64,000 bases of DNA. Origin: Euryarchaeota archaeon UBA62 (GTDB lineage: Archaea > Thermoplasmatota > Poseidoniia > Poseidoniales > Thalassarchaeaceae). Location: the NCBI GenBank assembly GCA_002502095.1, contig DAPJ01000021.1, positions 29,069-93,068 on the forward strand. Direction: 5' to 3'. The position numbers were made by a program, and so were the translations under genes. The notes beneath the pieces are model-generated. The model had not been told where the DNA came from, did not search any database, and was given only the letters and a program-made list of their open reading frames with translations. Below, in pieces: positions 10,558 to 20,575 of this stretch (positions are counted from its first letter, which is position 1; each line of letters opens with the position of its first letter).

Positions 10558-11195
10558 AAAGATCTGAAAAGGCCAAGAGAATAGGCGAGCAACTAGACTC
10601 ACTATACCCAGAAACACCAATACCCCTCGACCACAAAGACAGCTATACTTTACTCGTCGCAGTGATGCTTTCTGCCCAAACTACAGACAAAAAGGTGAAT
10701 GAAGTCACACCAGCATTGTTTGATATCGCTGACTCTCCAGAAAAGATGGCCGAACTTGAAGTCGAAGAGATAAGATCTCTAATCAGAGAAATAGGTTTAG
10801 CGCCAACAAAGGCAAAGAACCTCAAGAAGATGGCCGAGCAAATCATTGACTCAGGTGGAGAAATATATCCAGATTGGGATTTCCTTGAGTCTTTGGCAGG
10901 AGTTGGCCATAAAACAGCCAGTGTGGTCATGTCTCAGGCTTTTGGGGTTCCTGCATTTCCAGTTGATACTCATATCCATCGTCTGGCCGATAGGTGGGGG
11001 CTTTCCAATGGGACTAATGTAGTAAAGACCGAGAGAGATCTGAAGAAGGTTTTCTCAAGGGATACATGGAATCGAAGACACCTCCAGATAATCTACTTCG
11101 GAAGGGAGTATTGCCCAGCTAGGAATCATGACCTGTCAGAGTGTCCTATATGCTCGTGGTCAGCCACAAAGAAGAGAATTAGACAAGGAAGGTAG
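10554..11195 (+). CDS. nth: Endonuclease III
   Basis: LLVAVMLSAQTTD, HhH GVGHKTA, PVDTH. Confidence 0.93.
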   Translation: MKRSEKAKRIGEQLDSLYPETPIPLDHKDSYTLLVAVMLSAQTTDKKVNEVTPALFDIADSPEKMAELEVEEIRSLIREIGLAPTKAKNLKKMAEQIIDSGGEIYPDWDFLESLAGVGHKTASVVMSQAFGVPAFPVDTHIHRLADRWGLSNGTNVVKTERDLKKVFSRDTWNRRHLQIIYFGREYCPARNHDLSECPICSWSATKKRIRQGR

Positions 11196-11202
11196 TAATT
11201 TG

Positions 11203-11775
11203 ATGATTTTTCGTGGCAGGATTACTTCATCGGGCTTCGAAAGTGGGGACTCATTGGTAATTGGCGACTGGATAGAGTCGCCATTGGGGTCCTTCACCAA
11301 CATAATGTGGTCCAAACCAGACGGTAGCAGAGTACTACTTTCGCCCTCTCCCGAGCATGCTGATTTTGTATCCTCACTGTACTATTTTGATGAGGTAGTA
11401 GTAACCGAAATAATCGTAAATAGGAAGAGAAAAGCAGTTTCCATTAAGACGGATTATCTACAAGTTTCCATGTCTTGGGGAGTATCATTGCCGCTCCCAC
11501 TTCCAAGGCCACTATGGTTCATCTCTTCCGTCGAGAACCTCTTCGGAAAAACCATTTTTGGCTCAAGTACCTATGGGATAGCTAGGGATGGAAGCAGGGA
11601 ATGGTACTCAATAAGAGGGATTTCAAGAGTTTTTCACGCAGAGGCAAAAAGCCCCGATTCGAACTTCGGAAAAATTGGAAAAACATCATTCTCCAAGCCA
11701 TTTGGATTTAGTAGTCCGCCAAAGATGCCCACTAGCATCATAGTCAATTCTCATATTGACAGAGAAAAGGCTTGA
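11203..11775 (+). CDS. Conserved hypothetical protein
   Basis: Clean ORF between nth and bcp; G-x-W-x-x-SP-x-G-x-F...PDG-x-R-x-LL-x-P pattern. Confidence 0.6.
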   Translation: MIFRGRITSSGFESGDSLVIGDWIESPLGSFTNIMWSKPDGSRVLLSPSPEHADFVSSLYYFDEVVVTEIIVNRKRKAVSIKTDYLQVSMSWGVSLPLPLPRPLWFISSVENLFGKTIFGSSTYGIARDGSREWYSIRGISRVFHAEAKSPDSNFGKIGKTSFSKPFGFSSPPKMPTSIIVNSHIDREKA

Positions 11776-11800
11776 AGAACCTAGCAGTAGAGTGAGTAAC

Positions 11801-12283
11801 ATGAGCGAAGTAGTCACATTGATGGTTGGAGATGACGCACCAGATTTTGAAGCACCTTTGACAGATGGATCCAAGTTCGTTCTTTCACAGGTTTTAGATT
11901 CTGGAAAGGGAGTCATTCTTTACTTCTACCCTCGTGATAATACCCCTGGTTGCACAACGCAGGCTTGTGATTTCAGGGATAACTTTAGCAGAATTTCCGA
12001 TAAGTCTTGGATTGTAGTAGGTGTTTCTACTGACTCCGCAAAATCACATGAGAAATTTATTGATAAACACGATCTGCCATTTGACTTGATCGTGGATGAG
12101 GGCGCGGAGTTGCATACCATGTATGGAACATGGAGGGAGAAGAGCATGTATGGGAAGACATACATGGGTACTCTCAGATCGACATTCGCAATCACTCAAG
12201 AAGGTAAACTATCATGGGTTGGATACAAAGTCAAAACAAAGGGCCACGTTGATCAGCTGATGACGGATTTAGGAATTGAGTGA
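11801..12283 (+). CDS. bcp: Peroxiredoxin Q / BCP
   Basis: YFYPRDNTPGCTTQACDFRD. Confidence 0.93.
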   Translation: MSEVVTLMVGDDAPDFEAPLTDGSKFVLSQVLDSGKGVILYFYPRDNTPGCTTQACDFRDNFSRISDKSWIVVGVSTDSAKSHEKFIDKHDLPFDLIVDEGAELHTMYGTWREKSMYGKTYMGTLRSTFAITQEGKLSWVGYKVKTKGHVDQLMTDLGIE

Positions 12284-12530
12284 TATAATGGAATCCGACC
12301 AAAGAAGGGACTTGGTCGAAAGGTTCCTCAGGAGATGTGTAATCTATGCTAATGAGTCCATTCGCAGGAAAAGAAAGAGAGGAGAGGATGAAGAAACCAT
12401 AGCCAAGTGGACCGTTTACAGAGATTTTACTGAACACGCTGCAGAGGAAGTCGCAGCTGGGGACCTTGATTCTTGGTTGGAGGACGGACCTGTGGATTTC
12501 GAACCCGATGATCAGGACTCAGACAAGTGA
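12276..12530 (+). CDS. Small hypothetical protein
   Basis: 84-aa helical ORF overlapping the bcp stop. Confidence 0.6.
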   Translation: MSDIMESDQRRDLVERFLRRCVIYANESIRRKRKRGEDEETIAKWTVYRDFTEHAAEEVAAGDLDSWLEDGPVDFEPDDQDSDK

Positions 12531-12982
12531 CCGTTCCCGCCTATTCCTAGGTCATATTTCGTCGTATCCACTCTCATCATTGCACCAGGTACCATTAGCA
12601 ATGAATCATCCTCGTTTATTGCGAAAGCATGTAGTCCGAGTCTCTCTGACATTTCTTGGACCCTTCTCTTGCATACGTCCTTCTGACTTGGCATATGAGC
12701 TAGAGACCCCAGGTCTACGATTACCATGCATCCTCTGGAAAGCGGTAATGACATTCCTTCAAGAGATAGTCTATGCAATCCATCCGGTTTCAGATAGACT
12801 ACATTTCTGGATGCGCTTGGAGTATGCCTAAGTGTTCTTTCCGACCACTTCATTTCACCTAAGTCAATATGTAGATCCCCCTCCTGTGGGCCGGGATCAG
12901 TGGAAATCGTTTTCCTCTTAGTTTTAGAGGCAGTAGCCTTTGACGGGTCAGGCAGTCCGAGTAGTCTAAACAGGTTTGCCAC
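12512..12982 (-). CDS. sepF: Cell division protein SepF (archaeal type), putative
   Basis: N-terminal amphipathic helix (ANLFRLLG); C-terminal G-x-MVIVDL...helix...LLMVPG-x-x-RVD pattern. Confidence 0.6.
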   Translation of the reverse strand: MANLFRLLGLPDPSKATASKTKRKTISTDPGPQEGDLHIDLGEMKWSERTLRHTPSASRNVVYLKPDGLHRLSLEGMSLPLSRGCMVIVDLGSLAHMPSQKDVCKRRVQEMSERLGLHAFAINEDDSLLMVPGAMMRVDTTKYDLGIGGNGHLSES

Positions 12983-12996
12983 GAGGCGCCCGAGAG

Positions 12997-15900
12997 CTAC
13001 TCCTCAAAGAGTGCTTCTATGTCTTCATCATCCAGAGCCTCTTCTAGGGACATAGCGACACTTTCCGAGACCTCCTCCTGTGAATCTTCCTCGTCATCTT
13101 CCTCGAGAGCCCCCTCTGCTTCAGATTCTTCCTCATCCAAAAGAATTCTACTTACATCGTCAGGTATCACAGTCTCCTGTGAAATAGACTCAATTTCCTC
13201 CTCGGTCTGAGTTTCAGAAAGGTCCTCGCTTGAATCATTCAGTCCAGCTTTTGGACCTTCTTTTCTACTTCTATCATCGAATGGATCATATTCCGGGTCA
13301 TCAAATGCATCGTCCACGGATACCTTCTTCAATCTACTAGTTTGATCAACTTGAGGATCTAAGGGCTGAACATTACTCTGCCTATTCCTGATTACAAAAA
13401 CCACTCCAACAATGGAAACAATCAACATTATCACGATTATTAAGCCATAAGAAGCCATGAAATCCCCTAGGCTGAATGGTGCTTCAGAGATAATAACTGT
13501 AAGGGTAATTGAGGAACCGGGACCCTCGTCAACGGCTGTCATGCTAACAGTTCTACTGCCAGAGCCCGTGAATGTCCACTCGATCCACTTCCCCTGGATA
13601 TCAATGTCATTGGCCGCATTGCCGTCTCCATCACTGTCAACTGATGTATCCATGTCCCAGTTGTAAAGTAGATTTTCCATGTCATACGAAGAATCAGTAG
13701 TTCCATTGGCGCTAAAGAAAACAACATCCCCTTCCACTGGAGAGAATGTGCTTGGAGAAGCTCTTGGATCCGGATTGACATTTCGTATATCGATCGGAAT
13801 TTCTATCATCGCCGTACTTCCATCATCATCTGTCACGTGAAACACAATCATTGTAGGGGCAGTAGTTGCATCCGGCCAGGATCTCTCCAGTGTGTTGGAC
13901 TCCAGATCGCAATCGTCGGAGGATCCTCCTGAATCATCAGAATCGGTCATTGGGTCCAAATCGAAGCAATTTCTGAGCGTTAGCATATCTCCTGACGTAT
14001 CAATCGTACTTACGGATATAGATACAGTAGAATCCTCAGCGGCGGGAAGCGGAGGGGCCAGGGGAGTGATTTGGGGATCGATATTCTGGATTTCTATGGG
14101 CACGATCAGAGATTCAGTGCTAGCTCCATCATTATCTACCACTTGAAGGGTTGCAAGATGCAACCCAGATGTGTGATATGTGTGTTCAACAGTGCTTTTC
14201 CTGCCCTCATAGTTGATGGTAAGCTCTGGATTATTTTCTGCATCGGGATTCCAAATGTGAAATAGGGTACTCAGGTCATTCTGAGAATCATCCGCAAATC
14301 CTTCAAAAATCAATAAATCTCCCTCATTGGCCATGTAGACGCCCCTACTATCTGGTATCATTCTATTTCCTCCCATCCAAATCTCAGCACGAGGATTAGT
14401 GGGTGCAATGTTCCTGACCTCAATTGTTTTGTTTGAGTATCCTATGTCATCATCATCATCGACGGCTTCGACTCTGATGGTATAGTTGCCTTCAACTTCT
14501 GGAGTTACAGTACAATAGACTCCAACTTGACCTTCGTCACAGGGGTATGTAGAGTCCCATAGTATATCCATTGGAGCCTGTGGAGTCTGAGTATCAACAT
14601 CACTACGCTCCTCGACATTGAATTGTAGAGGGGAGAGGACGTAGGTCCACTCATACTCGGAACCAATGGAGATTTCAGGAGGCCTGTTTAGAATCTCTAT
14701 ACTCTGAACAATAACTACCTCATCGTTTTCATCATCTGTAACGGACAGCTGGACATCGTAAGTACCGTCATCATCCCATGTATGCTCAAAGATACAATCT
14801 TCCTCTGTAGAAGAAACGGAGTTTCCTTCCGGCATCGAAATGGTGAACATACAAGACAAATCCCCTCCATCCTCATCATAAGAGACACTACCGTCCAACA
14901 CCACTTCGGACTTAGTCAAGGACTGGGTTGGCATATCCAGAGATACGATCGGAAGCCTTCCGATAAACAAAGAAAATACCCCATTGTTATTCGTCCTGTC
15001 TCCATCATCGGAAATCAACGCATCAGGATCTACTTGGAAAGAAAGAGTGATTTCTCCGATGGGATGGGAATTTCGTACAGTCCAATTCACCTCTACTACC
15101 GCCTGTTCCAAACTGTCAAGAGATGGGACCTGAACAGTTTGAGTTGATCCATCAGGGGAAACAACATTCATTGTCGTCGAGGGAGAGGTCATCAGTCCCC
15201 TGTTCTGAATGGGAACATAGAATTTTAGAATATCCCCGGGAACTGCATTGAAGCCTGTAGAAGAAGCCAGAGTAGTGGTAGACTGCCCCCTAGTCCTGTC
15301 AACCGTGACTCCTTCGGTCAGTGCGACCAAATCAATAGTACTGACATTTGGATCGATTGTTATTGTTGAAGCGCCAACTATCTTCTGAGAGGGAATCCAT
15401 GCAATTACGCCATGACTCCCAGCTTCACTGCCACCGGTGGAGTCATCGGCAGAATTGCCTGTATTGAATGCAATATTGACAGAACCATTTGCCGAGGTCG
15501 TGACGGTCCTTATATCGCCATCAATTCCGTATCTGAACTCTAGCTCCTGCCCTGAAACAGGTTGTCCATTTTGAGTCACATTTGCCCATGCCGATGTATC
15601 GAAGTCCAAAGGAGAAAGGGGATATTCAAATTCAATCGAGATCTGCTTACTTCTTCCAGCCTGGTAAGTCTCCAGCTCATGGAATGCATTGATCCCATCA
15701 ATTATGTCTGTACTGGATGAAACATCCCCTCTAACTGCTGGACAGAACCACCTGTATCCGTCCGCTGAACCATTAGAATCGAAGGTCGTCACATTGTATG
15801 ATTGCTGACAGGAGGCAAAAGAAGTACCTGGTGCACCCCTACTCATAACTTGCCAGCTTCTAGATTCAGCGGACTGACTATCATCAGGTATGTCTACGAA

Positions 15901-16533
15901 GTCACTAGAGCCCTGATAATCAGTCTCTTGGTAATAGCTAGATGACCAGTAGTCCCCGACAGTAAGGGGGAAGTCATATCCCTCTGTAGGCGGGGAGTAT
16001 GTCTGAGTAATAGTCAATTCTGCTACATCGATGTCTATCGTCCACCAGAAAATTCTGTATCCAAAGTCTATGTCTATTGTCGCTTCCTGTTCGATAACGG
16101 CCAAGTCGGATGCACGAACTAACTCCAGAGTCTGCATCTCTATGTCTAAATCACCAGTATTTCCATCTAGATCCACATTCTGGGCGTCATAGGTGCCGAT
16201 AGATACCGCCTCATAAACCAGCGTTGAACGGTTATCAACGATCATTGTGTAGGTATCCGTGACTGTCCTATCTAGCGTACCAGTCAGGAATTGTACATTT
16301 GTGGATACGCCCGAAGAGCTAACGAATTCCCCAACATCAAGATAGCCGTCATATACCCACCTATCTCCAACCTGCCAAGTTGGAACATCTGTAATCGCAA
16401 TGTTTCTACCTACCGATTCTAGCTTCAAACTGTCTTCATCCATACTCTCCATTTCATCGGAATAGAACATCAATACGCTTTGTGAAGAGAGAAGAATAAC
16501 TACCATAAGTGCTGACGCGAGTGACTTACTCAT
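12997..16533 (-). CDS. Large surface protein with CARDB and multiple PKD/Ig-like domains, C-terminal TM and acidic tail
   Basis: Signal peptide; IQNRG...FQVDP...NN (CARDB-like); repeated G-x-Y-x-V-x-L-x-V-x-D-D-D; TM near aa 1030. Confidence 0.82.
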   Translation of the reverse strand: MSKSLASALMVVILLSSQSVLMFYSDEMESMDEDSLKLESVGRNIAITDVPTWQVGDRWVYDGYLDVGEFVSSSGVSTNVQFLTGTLDRTVTDTYTMIVDNRSTLVYEAVSIGTYDAQNVDLDGNTGDLDIEMQTLELVRASDLAVIEQEATIDIDFGYRIFWWTIDIDVAELTITQTYSPPTEGYDFPLTVGDYWSSSYYQETDYQGSSDFVDIPDDSQSAESRSWQVMSRGAPGTSFASCQQSYNVTTFDSNGSADGYRWFCPAVRGDVSSSTDIIDGINAFHELETYQAGRSKQISIEFEYPLSPLDFDTSAWANVTQNGQPVSGQELEFRYGIDGDIRTVTTSANGSVNIAFNTGNSADDSTGGSEAGSHGVIAWIPSQKIVGASTITIDPNVSTIDLVALTEGVTVDRTRGQSTTTLASSTGFNAVPGDILKFYVPIQNRGLMTSPSTTMNVVSPDGSTQTVQVPSLDSLEQAVVEVNWTVRNSHPIGEITLSFQVDPDALISDDGDRTNNNGVFSLFIGRLPIVSLDMPTQSLTKSEVVLDGSVSYDEDGGDLSCMFTISMPEGNSVSSTEEDCIFEHTWDDDGTYDVQLSVTDDENDEVVIVQSIEILNRPPEISIGSEYEWTYVLSPLQFNVEERSDVDTQTPQAPMDILWDSTYPCDEGQVGVYCTVTPEVEGNYTIRVEAVDDDDDIGYSNKTIEVRNIAPTNPRAEIWMGGNRMIPDSRGVYMANEGDLLIFEGFADDSQNDLSTLFHIWNPDAENNPELTINYEGRKSTVEHTYHTSGLHLATLQVVDNDGASTESLIVPIEIQNIDPQITPLAPPLPAAEDSTVSISVSTIDTSGDMLTLRNCFDLDPMTDSDDSGGSSDDCDLESNTLERSWPDATTAPTMIVFHVTDDDGSTAMIEIPIDIRNVNPDPRASPSTFSPVEGDVVFFSANGTTDSSYDMENLLYNWDMDTSVDSDGDGNAANDIDIQGKWIEWTFTGSGSRTVSMTAVDEGPGSSITLTVIISEAPFSLGDFMASYGLIIVIMLIVSIVGVVFVIRNRQSNVQPLDPQVDQTSRLKKVSVDDAFDDPEYDPFDDRSRKEGPKAGLNDSSEDLSETQTEEEIESISQETVIPDDVSRILLDEEESEAEGALEEDDEEDSQEEVSESVAMSLEEALDDEDIEALFEE

Positions 16534-16581
16534 ACATCTCCTATGGAGATGCTACAAATCAATGTGACTGTAAGGTCTTGA

Positions 16582-17310
16582 TTACATAGCCCTGTAATCA
16601 GGAAGGTCTGCTAACTCATCCTGAATGAACTGAACAGCCTCTAGAATCTGATCTTTTGCCCTTGCTCCGGTTATGACCATCTTGCCACTTCCGAAAATCA
16701 GACAAACTACCTTGGGATAATCTAACCTGTAAATTAGACCCGGGAACTGCTCTGGCTCATACTCTACCTTGTCAAAAGGAAGATGGAAAGTTAGGTTGTT
16801 GAGATTCAGTCTTCTAGGGAGTGCAGCTAAGGGCTCTCCTTGCTTGATTCCCCTGATTCTCGAGTCCTCATTCTCAACTTCCTCGTCAGTAGCAGCTCTG
16901 ATTCCACCAGCATCATCGATAACCTTGGTGTTGATATCATCCATCTTAGCGACTCCAGTGTAATCTTCAGGGAAGAAGAGAGAATAAGTCGCAACCATGT
17001 TCTGAACCTCAATATCCACATCGGCAACATCCCATGTTGAGATTCCCGCAGCGCGAAGATCGCCAATCATCCTCTCGATTCCTGTTTCAATATTCTGCTG
17101 ATTCTTACCGCCAGTGCACACTGCTCTGCCAGATCTGAACATGAGTATAGCCAGTTTGGGATCTACAACACGGTAGACAACTCCTGGGAATTGTTCAGGC
17201 TCGTATTCACAATTCAACTGAATTGCTATATCCGGGAGATCAAGCTCCTCGGCAACTCTTGTCGACGCTACAACATTCACTACGGTTAGGCGTTCTTCAT
17301 CGCTTAGCAT
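16582..17310 (-). CDS. tbp: TATA-box binding protein with an internal insertion
   Basis: Two EYEPEQFPG repeats; NVVAS/NMVAT; FRSGR/FGSGK. Confidence 0.96.
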   Translation of the reverse strand: MLSDEERLTVVNVVASTRVAEELDLPDIAIQLNCEYEPEQFPGVVYRVVDPKLAILMFRSGRAVCTGGKNQQNIETGIERMIGDLRAAGISTWDVADVDIEVQNMVATYSLFFPEDYTGVAKMDDINTKVIDDAGGIRAATDEEVENEDSRIRGIKQGEPLAALPRRLNLNNLTFHLPFDKVEYEPEQFPGLIYRLDYPKVVCLIFGSGKMVITGARAKDQILEAVQFIQDELADLPDYRAM

Positions 17311-17375
17311 GGGTCCCGCACTTATATTCTACTTATAAAAGATATCAGTCATTATCAGTAAGAAATGTCCTGTAT

Positions 17376-18356
17376 TCAATTTTCTTCTGCCACAATCCTG
17401 GCTCCACCTGAACCAAACTTCGATACCAGAGGTCTGCCCCCAGCAATTTCAATACATTCAGCTACTCTCTGGGGATTTCTAGTCAGTGAGACCATACATC
17501 CGCCTCCACCAGCTCCTGTCAGTTTCGCTCCCAGAGAGTGACTTTCTGTGGCTGAAATAAGATTTTCAAGCTCTGGACTACTTACCCCAATTTTACGTAA
17601 TCTTTCCTGACACTCATTCATGGCCCGACCAACTTCTTCCATATTTCCCGATGAAAGCTCTCTCAGGCCAGAATAAGTAATCTCCCCAATAGCTTCTATT
17701 TCCTTCATCTTTAGTGGGTCGGACTTGAGTAATTCAGACACCCCTGCTACCATATCCCCAGTAGGAGAACCTATGCCAGTGAATCCTAATACTAGCCACA
17801 CATCTTCTATTTCTGGCATCTCAACCTTGCTAATTGACCAATTTCTGCTACCTTCGGGAGTTTCTAGGGTCGCATCAAAGATATGCTTCGTTCCAGCGGG
17901 GGAGCTCCCTGAAACTACAACGCATCCTCCGAGAGCGCTTGTTGCCGTATCAGTAGGGCTGGCTCTGCCTTTCTGGGCATTGGCCTCAGCTGAGTGCCCC
18001 ATCCTAGCTAGTGAAATCAAGTCAAGTGTAGATTCTGGATCTACCAATTCTTGCAAGGCCGCACCCATAGCATTAGACAGTGCCGCCGATGAACCAAGTC
18101 CAGCCGCCGAATATAGACTACTCTTGATATCTATTTCTAGAGGGGGGCCGGAGTACTGGAAGATATCATTTAGTATATGAGAGATATGAGGGTGCTTTGA
18201 AGCTTCAAATGGCATTCCTTCTAAGCTCCACCTGTTTGACTCAGATATTGAAACCTCTACGCCAGCTTCTATTGAAACAGCAACTGCAGGTTGCCCATAT
18301 ACCACTGCATGCTCTCCAAACAAGATACATTTGCCCGGTGCGAACGCTCTTGCCAC
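17376..18356 (-). CDS. mvk: Mevalonate kinase
   Basis: APGKCILFGEHAVVYG, GLGSSAA, KLTGAGGGG. Confidence 0.92.
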   Translation of the reverse strand: MARAFAPGKCILFGEHAVVYGQPAVAVSIEAGVEVSISESNRWSLEGMPFEASKHPHISHILNDIFQYSGPPLEIDIKSSLYSAAGLGSSAALSNAMGAALQELVDPESTLDLISLARMGHSAEANAQKGRASPTDTATSALGGCVVVSGSSPAGTKHIFDATLETPEGSRNWSISKVEMPEIEDVWLVLGFTGIGSPTGDMVAGVSELLKSDPLKMKEIEAIGEITYSGLRELSSGNMEEVGRAMNECQERLRKIGVSSPELENLISATESHSLGAKLTGAGGGGCMVSLTRNPQRVAECIEIAGGRPLVSKFGSGGARIVAEEN

Positions 18357-18500
18357 GTCCCTCGCCCGTAGTCAAGGGAAATGAGCATTGGCATAGATCA
18401 ATAGCATCGGTTCCTTCAAGTCCAACTACTGTTTGGGAGGGGTACTAGTAAGCACAGAGGGGATAATCTGGAACATCCATTACTTCAGTCATACGGGCCT

Positions 18501-20510
18501 TTGGAAGGTTGGCATATTCTGTTAGTCATCGGATTCATATCAATTGGATTCTTCACTTATCAAGTTCAGAAGGCTACTAGATTGGTAATGCTCGGGTCTT
18601 CCGATGACAGGTTTGATTCATGGAGCACCAGGATCAGTGAATTCATCTCTGGATGGTTATTCCAGAAGAAAGTCCTCAGAGATAAGGTCGCAGGAACTAT
18701 GCATGTTCTGATGTTCTGGGGTTTCCTAATGTTAGCATCGGACATGCTGGACTTAGCTACTGCTAATGCATTTTCTGGAAAGGTACTGCCAGCAATTTTA
18801 GTCGGGCCTTGGAATGGAATGGTGGAGTTGGGATACTTCATGGCTCTTGTCGGTTGCGTCAGTGCTCTAACCCGCAGGGTTGTATTCACTCCTGAGAAGC
18901 TGAAGGGAAAATCTCAGCTTGAGGGAAACGTCATTCTACTGCTTATTTTCACCATCACTACTACTTCTTTCATAGTGGAGTCAGCTGAGTCACCCAGTTC
19001 TTTTTGGGAGCCACTCGGGTACTGGTTCTCGGAACAAGGACTTTCGGAGCAAACCGTAATCCTGTCATACTGGGCCCACATGCTGGCAATCTCTGTTTTC
19101 CTGTTCTTGATTCCTTTGTCTAAGCACATGCACTTAGTCATGGCCGTCCCAAATGTCTTCTTCCACGATGCTGGTCCCATGGCTAGGATGAGGCCATTAG
19201 CAACTGGAGATGACGGTAAGGCAGTACCCCTGGAAGATTTAGATATTGACTCATTCGGAGTCAGCACTTACAATCAGTACTCTTGGAGACAACTCATTGA
19301 TGGTTGGTCATGTACCTCCTGTGCTAGATGCCAAGACGTATGCCCCGCCTATGCTTCTGGCAAGGGATTGAATCCAATGCAAGTTATCCATGATGTAAGG
19401 AACTACGCAAATGATCACGCTCCGATTCTTCTGTCCGGGGGCCAACCAGATGAAACAATGCTCGAGAGGATTACAGAGGAGGCAGTTTGGGCATGTACTA
19501 CATGCAACGCTTGCGTTGATGTTTGTCCCCTGTACATTGAGCATGTTCCAAAGCTAACCGATCTAAGAAGGAACGCAATGATGGAGACTATGGAGTATCC
19601 AGAGGTCCTTAATACGGCAATGGGAAATATAGAGTCAGCATCTAATCCATACGGATTTGGGGCGCATGAGAGGGCTGACTGGGCTTCAGATCTAGGAGTT
19701 AAGGTAGGAGAGCCAGCCGAGTATATTTACTTCGTAGGATGTGCAGCTAGTTTTGATGAGAGGAACCAGAAGGTGGCTAGATCTACCATCTCTCTACTCA
19801 AGGAGGCTGGGTTGGACGTAGGAATCTTGGGAATGCAAGAAGGATGCTCTGGAGACCCTGCCAGAAGGGCAGGAAACGAATACCTTTTCCAGATGCTAGC
19901 CGAGACAAATATGTCTACATTCCAAGAGCTTGGAGTCAAGAGGATTGTTGCATCTTGCCCACATTGTTTCCACACTCTAGGGAAAGAATACGGAGATTTT
20001 GGAGGAGAAGACTTGGAGGTATTTCACCATTCTGAGATAATCGCCAAGCTTCAGCAAGAAGGAAAACTTCCAGAGGCAGAAAAGAATGGGCGCAGTATCA
20101 CATTCCATGATCCCTGTTACCTAGGAAGGATTGGGGATATCGTGGACGCTCCTCGATCAGTAATAGGGGGCGTTGACGCCGAGCCCGAGAGGCACGGTAA
20201 GGACTCATTCTGTTGCGGTGCAGGTGGTGCTCAGATGTGGATGGAAGAAGATGCCGACAAGAGAGTTAACGAGATTAGGGCGGCAGAACTTGCTGAGACA
20301 GGATGTGACACTGTAGCAGTTGGTTGCCCCTTCTGTTCAGTCATGGTCAAGGATGGTTTGGATGCAGTAGGTTCTGATATGGAAGTTCTCGATGTTGCAG
20401 AGCTACTATGGGAGCAGATCGTTGCACGTGATCTGGAGATACATGACAAGTCTAAAAATAGGACTGGAAAGGCAAGAATATGGGACTCATCAATTTCCGA
20501 TCTGGTATGA
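18501..20510 (+). CDS. Membrane Fe-S oxidoreductase (FadF/HdrD-GlpC-like; TM region, 2x[4Fe-4S], CCG domains)
   Basis: CTSCARCQDVCP, CTTCNACVDVCP, CPHC, HDPC, CCGAGG. Confidence 0.88.
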   Translation: MEGWHILLVIGFISIGFFTYQVQKATRLVMLGSSDDRFDSWSTRISEFISGWLFQKKVLRDKVAGTMHVLMFWGFLMLASDMLDLATANAFSGKVLPAILVGPWNGMVELGYFMALVGCVSALTRRVVFTPEKLKGKSQLEGNVILLLIFTITTTSFIVESAESPSSFWEPLGYWFSEQGLSEQTVILSYWAHMLAISVFLFLIPLSKHMHLVMAVPNVFFHDAGPMARMRPLATGDDGKAVPLEDLDIDSFGVSTYNQYSWRQLIDGWSCTSCARCQDVCPAYASGKGLNPMQVIHDVRNYANDHAPILLSGGQPDETMLERITEEAVWACTTCNACVDVCPLYIEHVPKLTDLRRNAMMETMEYPEVLNTAMGNIESASNPYGFGAHERADWASDLGVKVGEPAEYIYFVGCAASFDERNQKVARSTISLLKEAGLDVGILGMQEGCSGDPARRAGNEYLFQMLAETNMSTFQELGVKRIVASCPHCFHTLGKEYGDFGGEDLEVFHHSEIIAKLQQEGKLPEAEKNGRSITFHDPCYLGRIGDIVDAPRSVIGGVDAEPERHGKDSFCCGAGGAQMWMEEDADKRVNEIRAAELAETGCDTVAVGCPFCSVMVKDGLDAVGSDMEVLDVAELLWEQIVARDLEIHDKSKNRTGKARIWDSSISDLV

Positions 20511-20575
20511 TTGATCGATTTTTATTCTGCCACGTCCTCAGTGAGTGTCATAAGTAAAACCTCCAAGCCAGAACC

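Noticed and set aside
16819..16977. TBP insert as an intein
   Set aside because: Too short, and lacks an N-terminal Cys/Ser and C-terminal His-Asn
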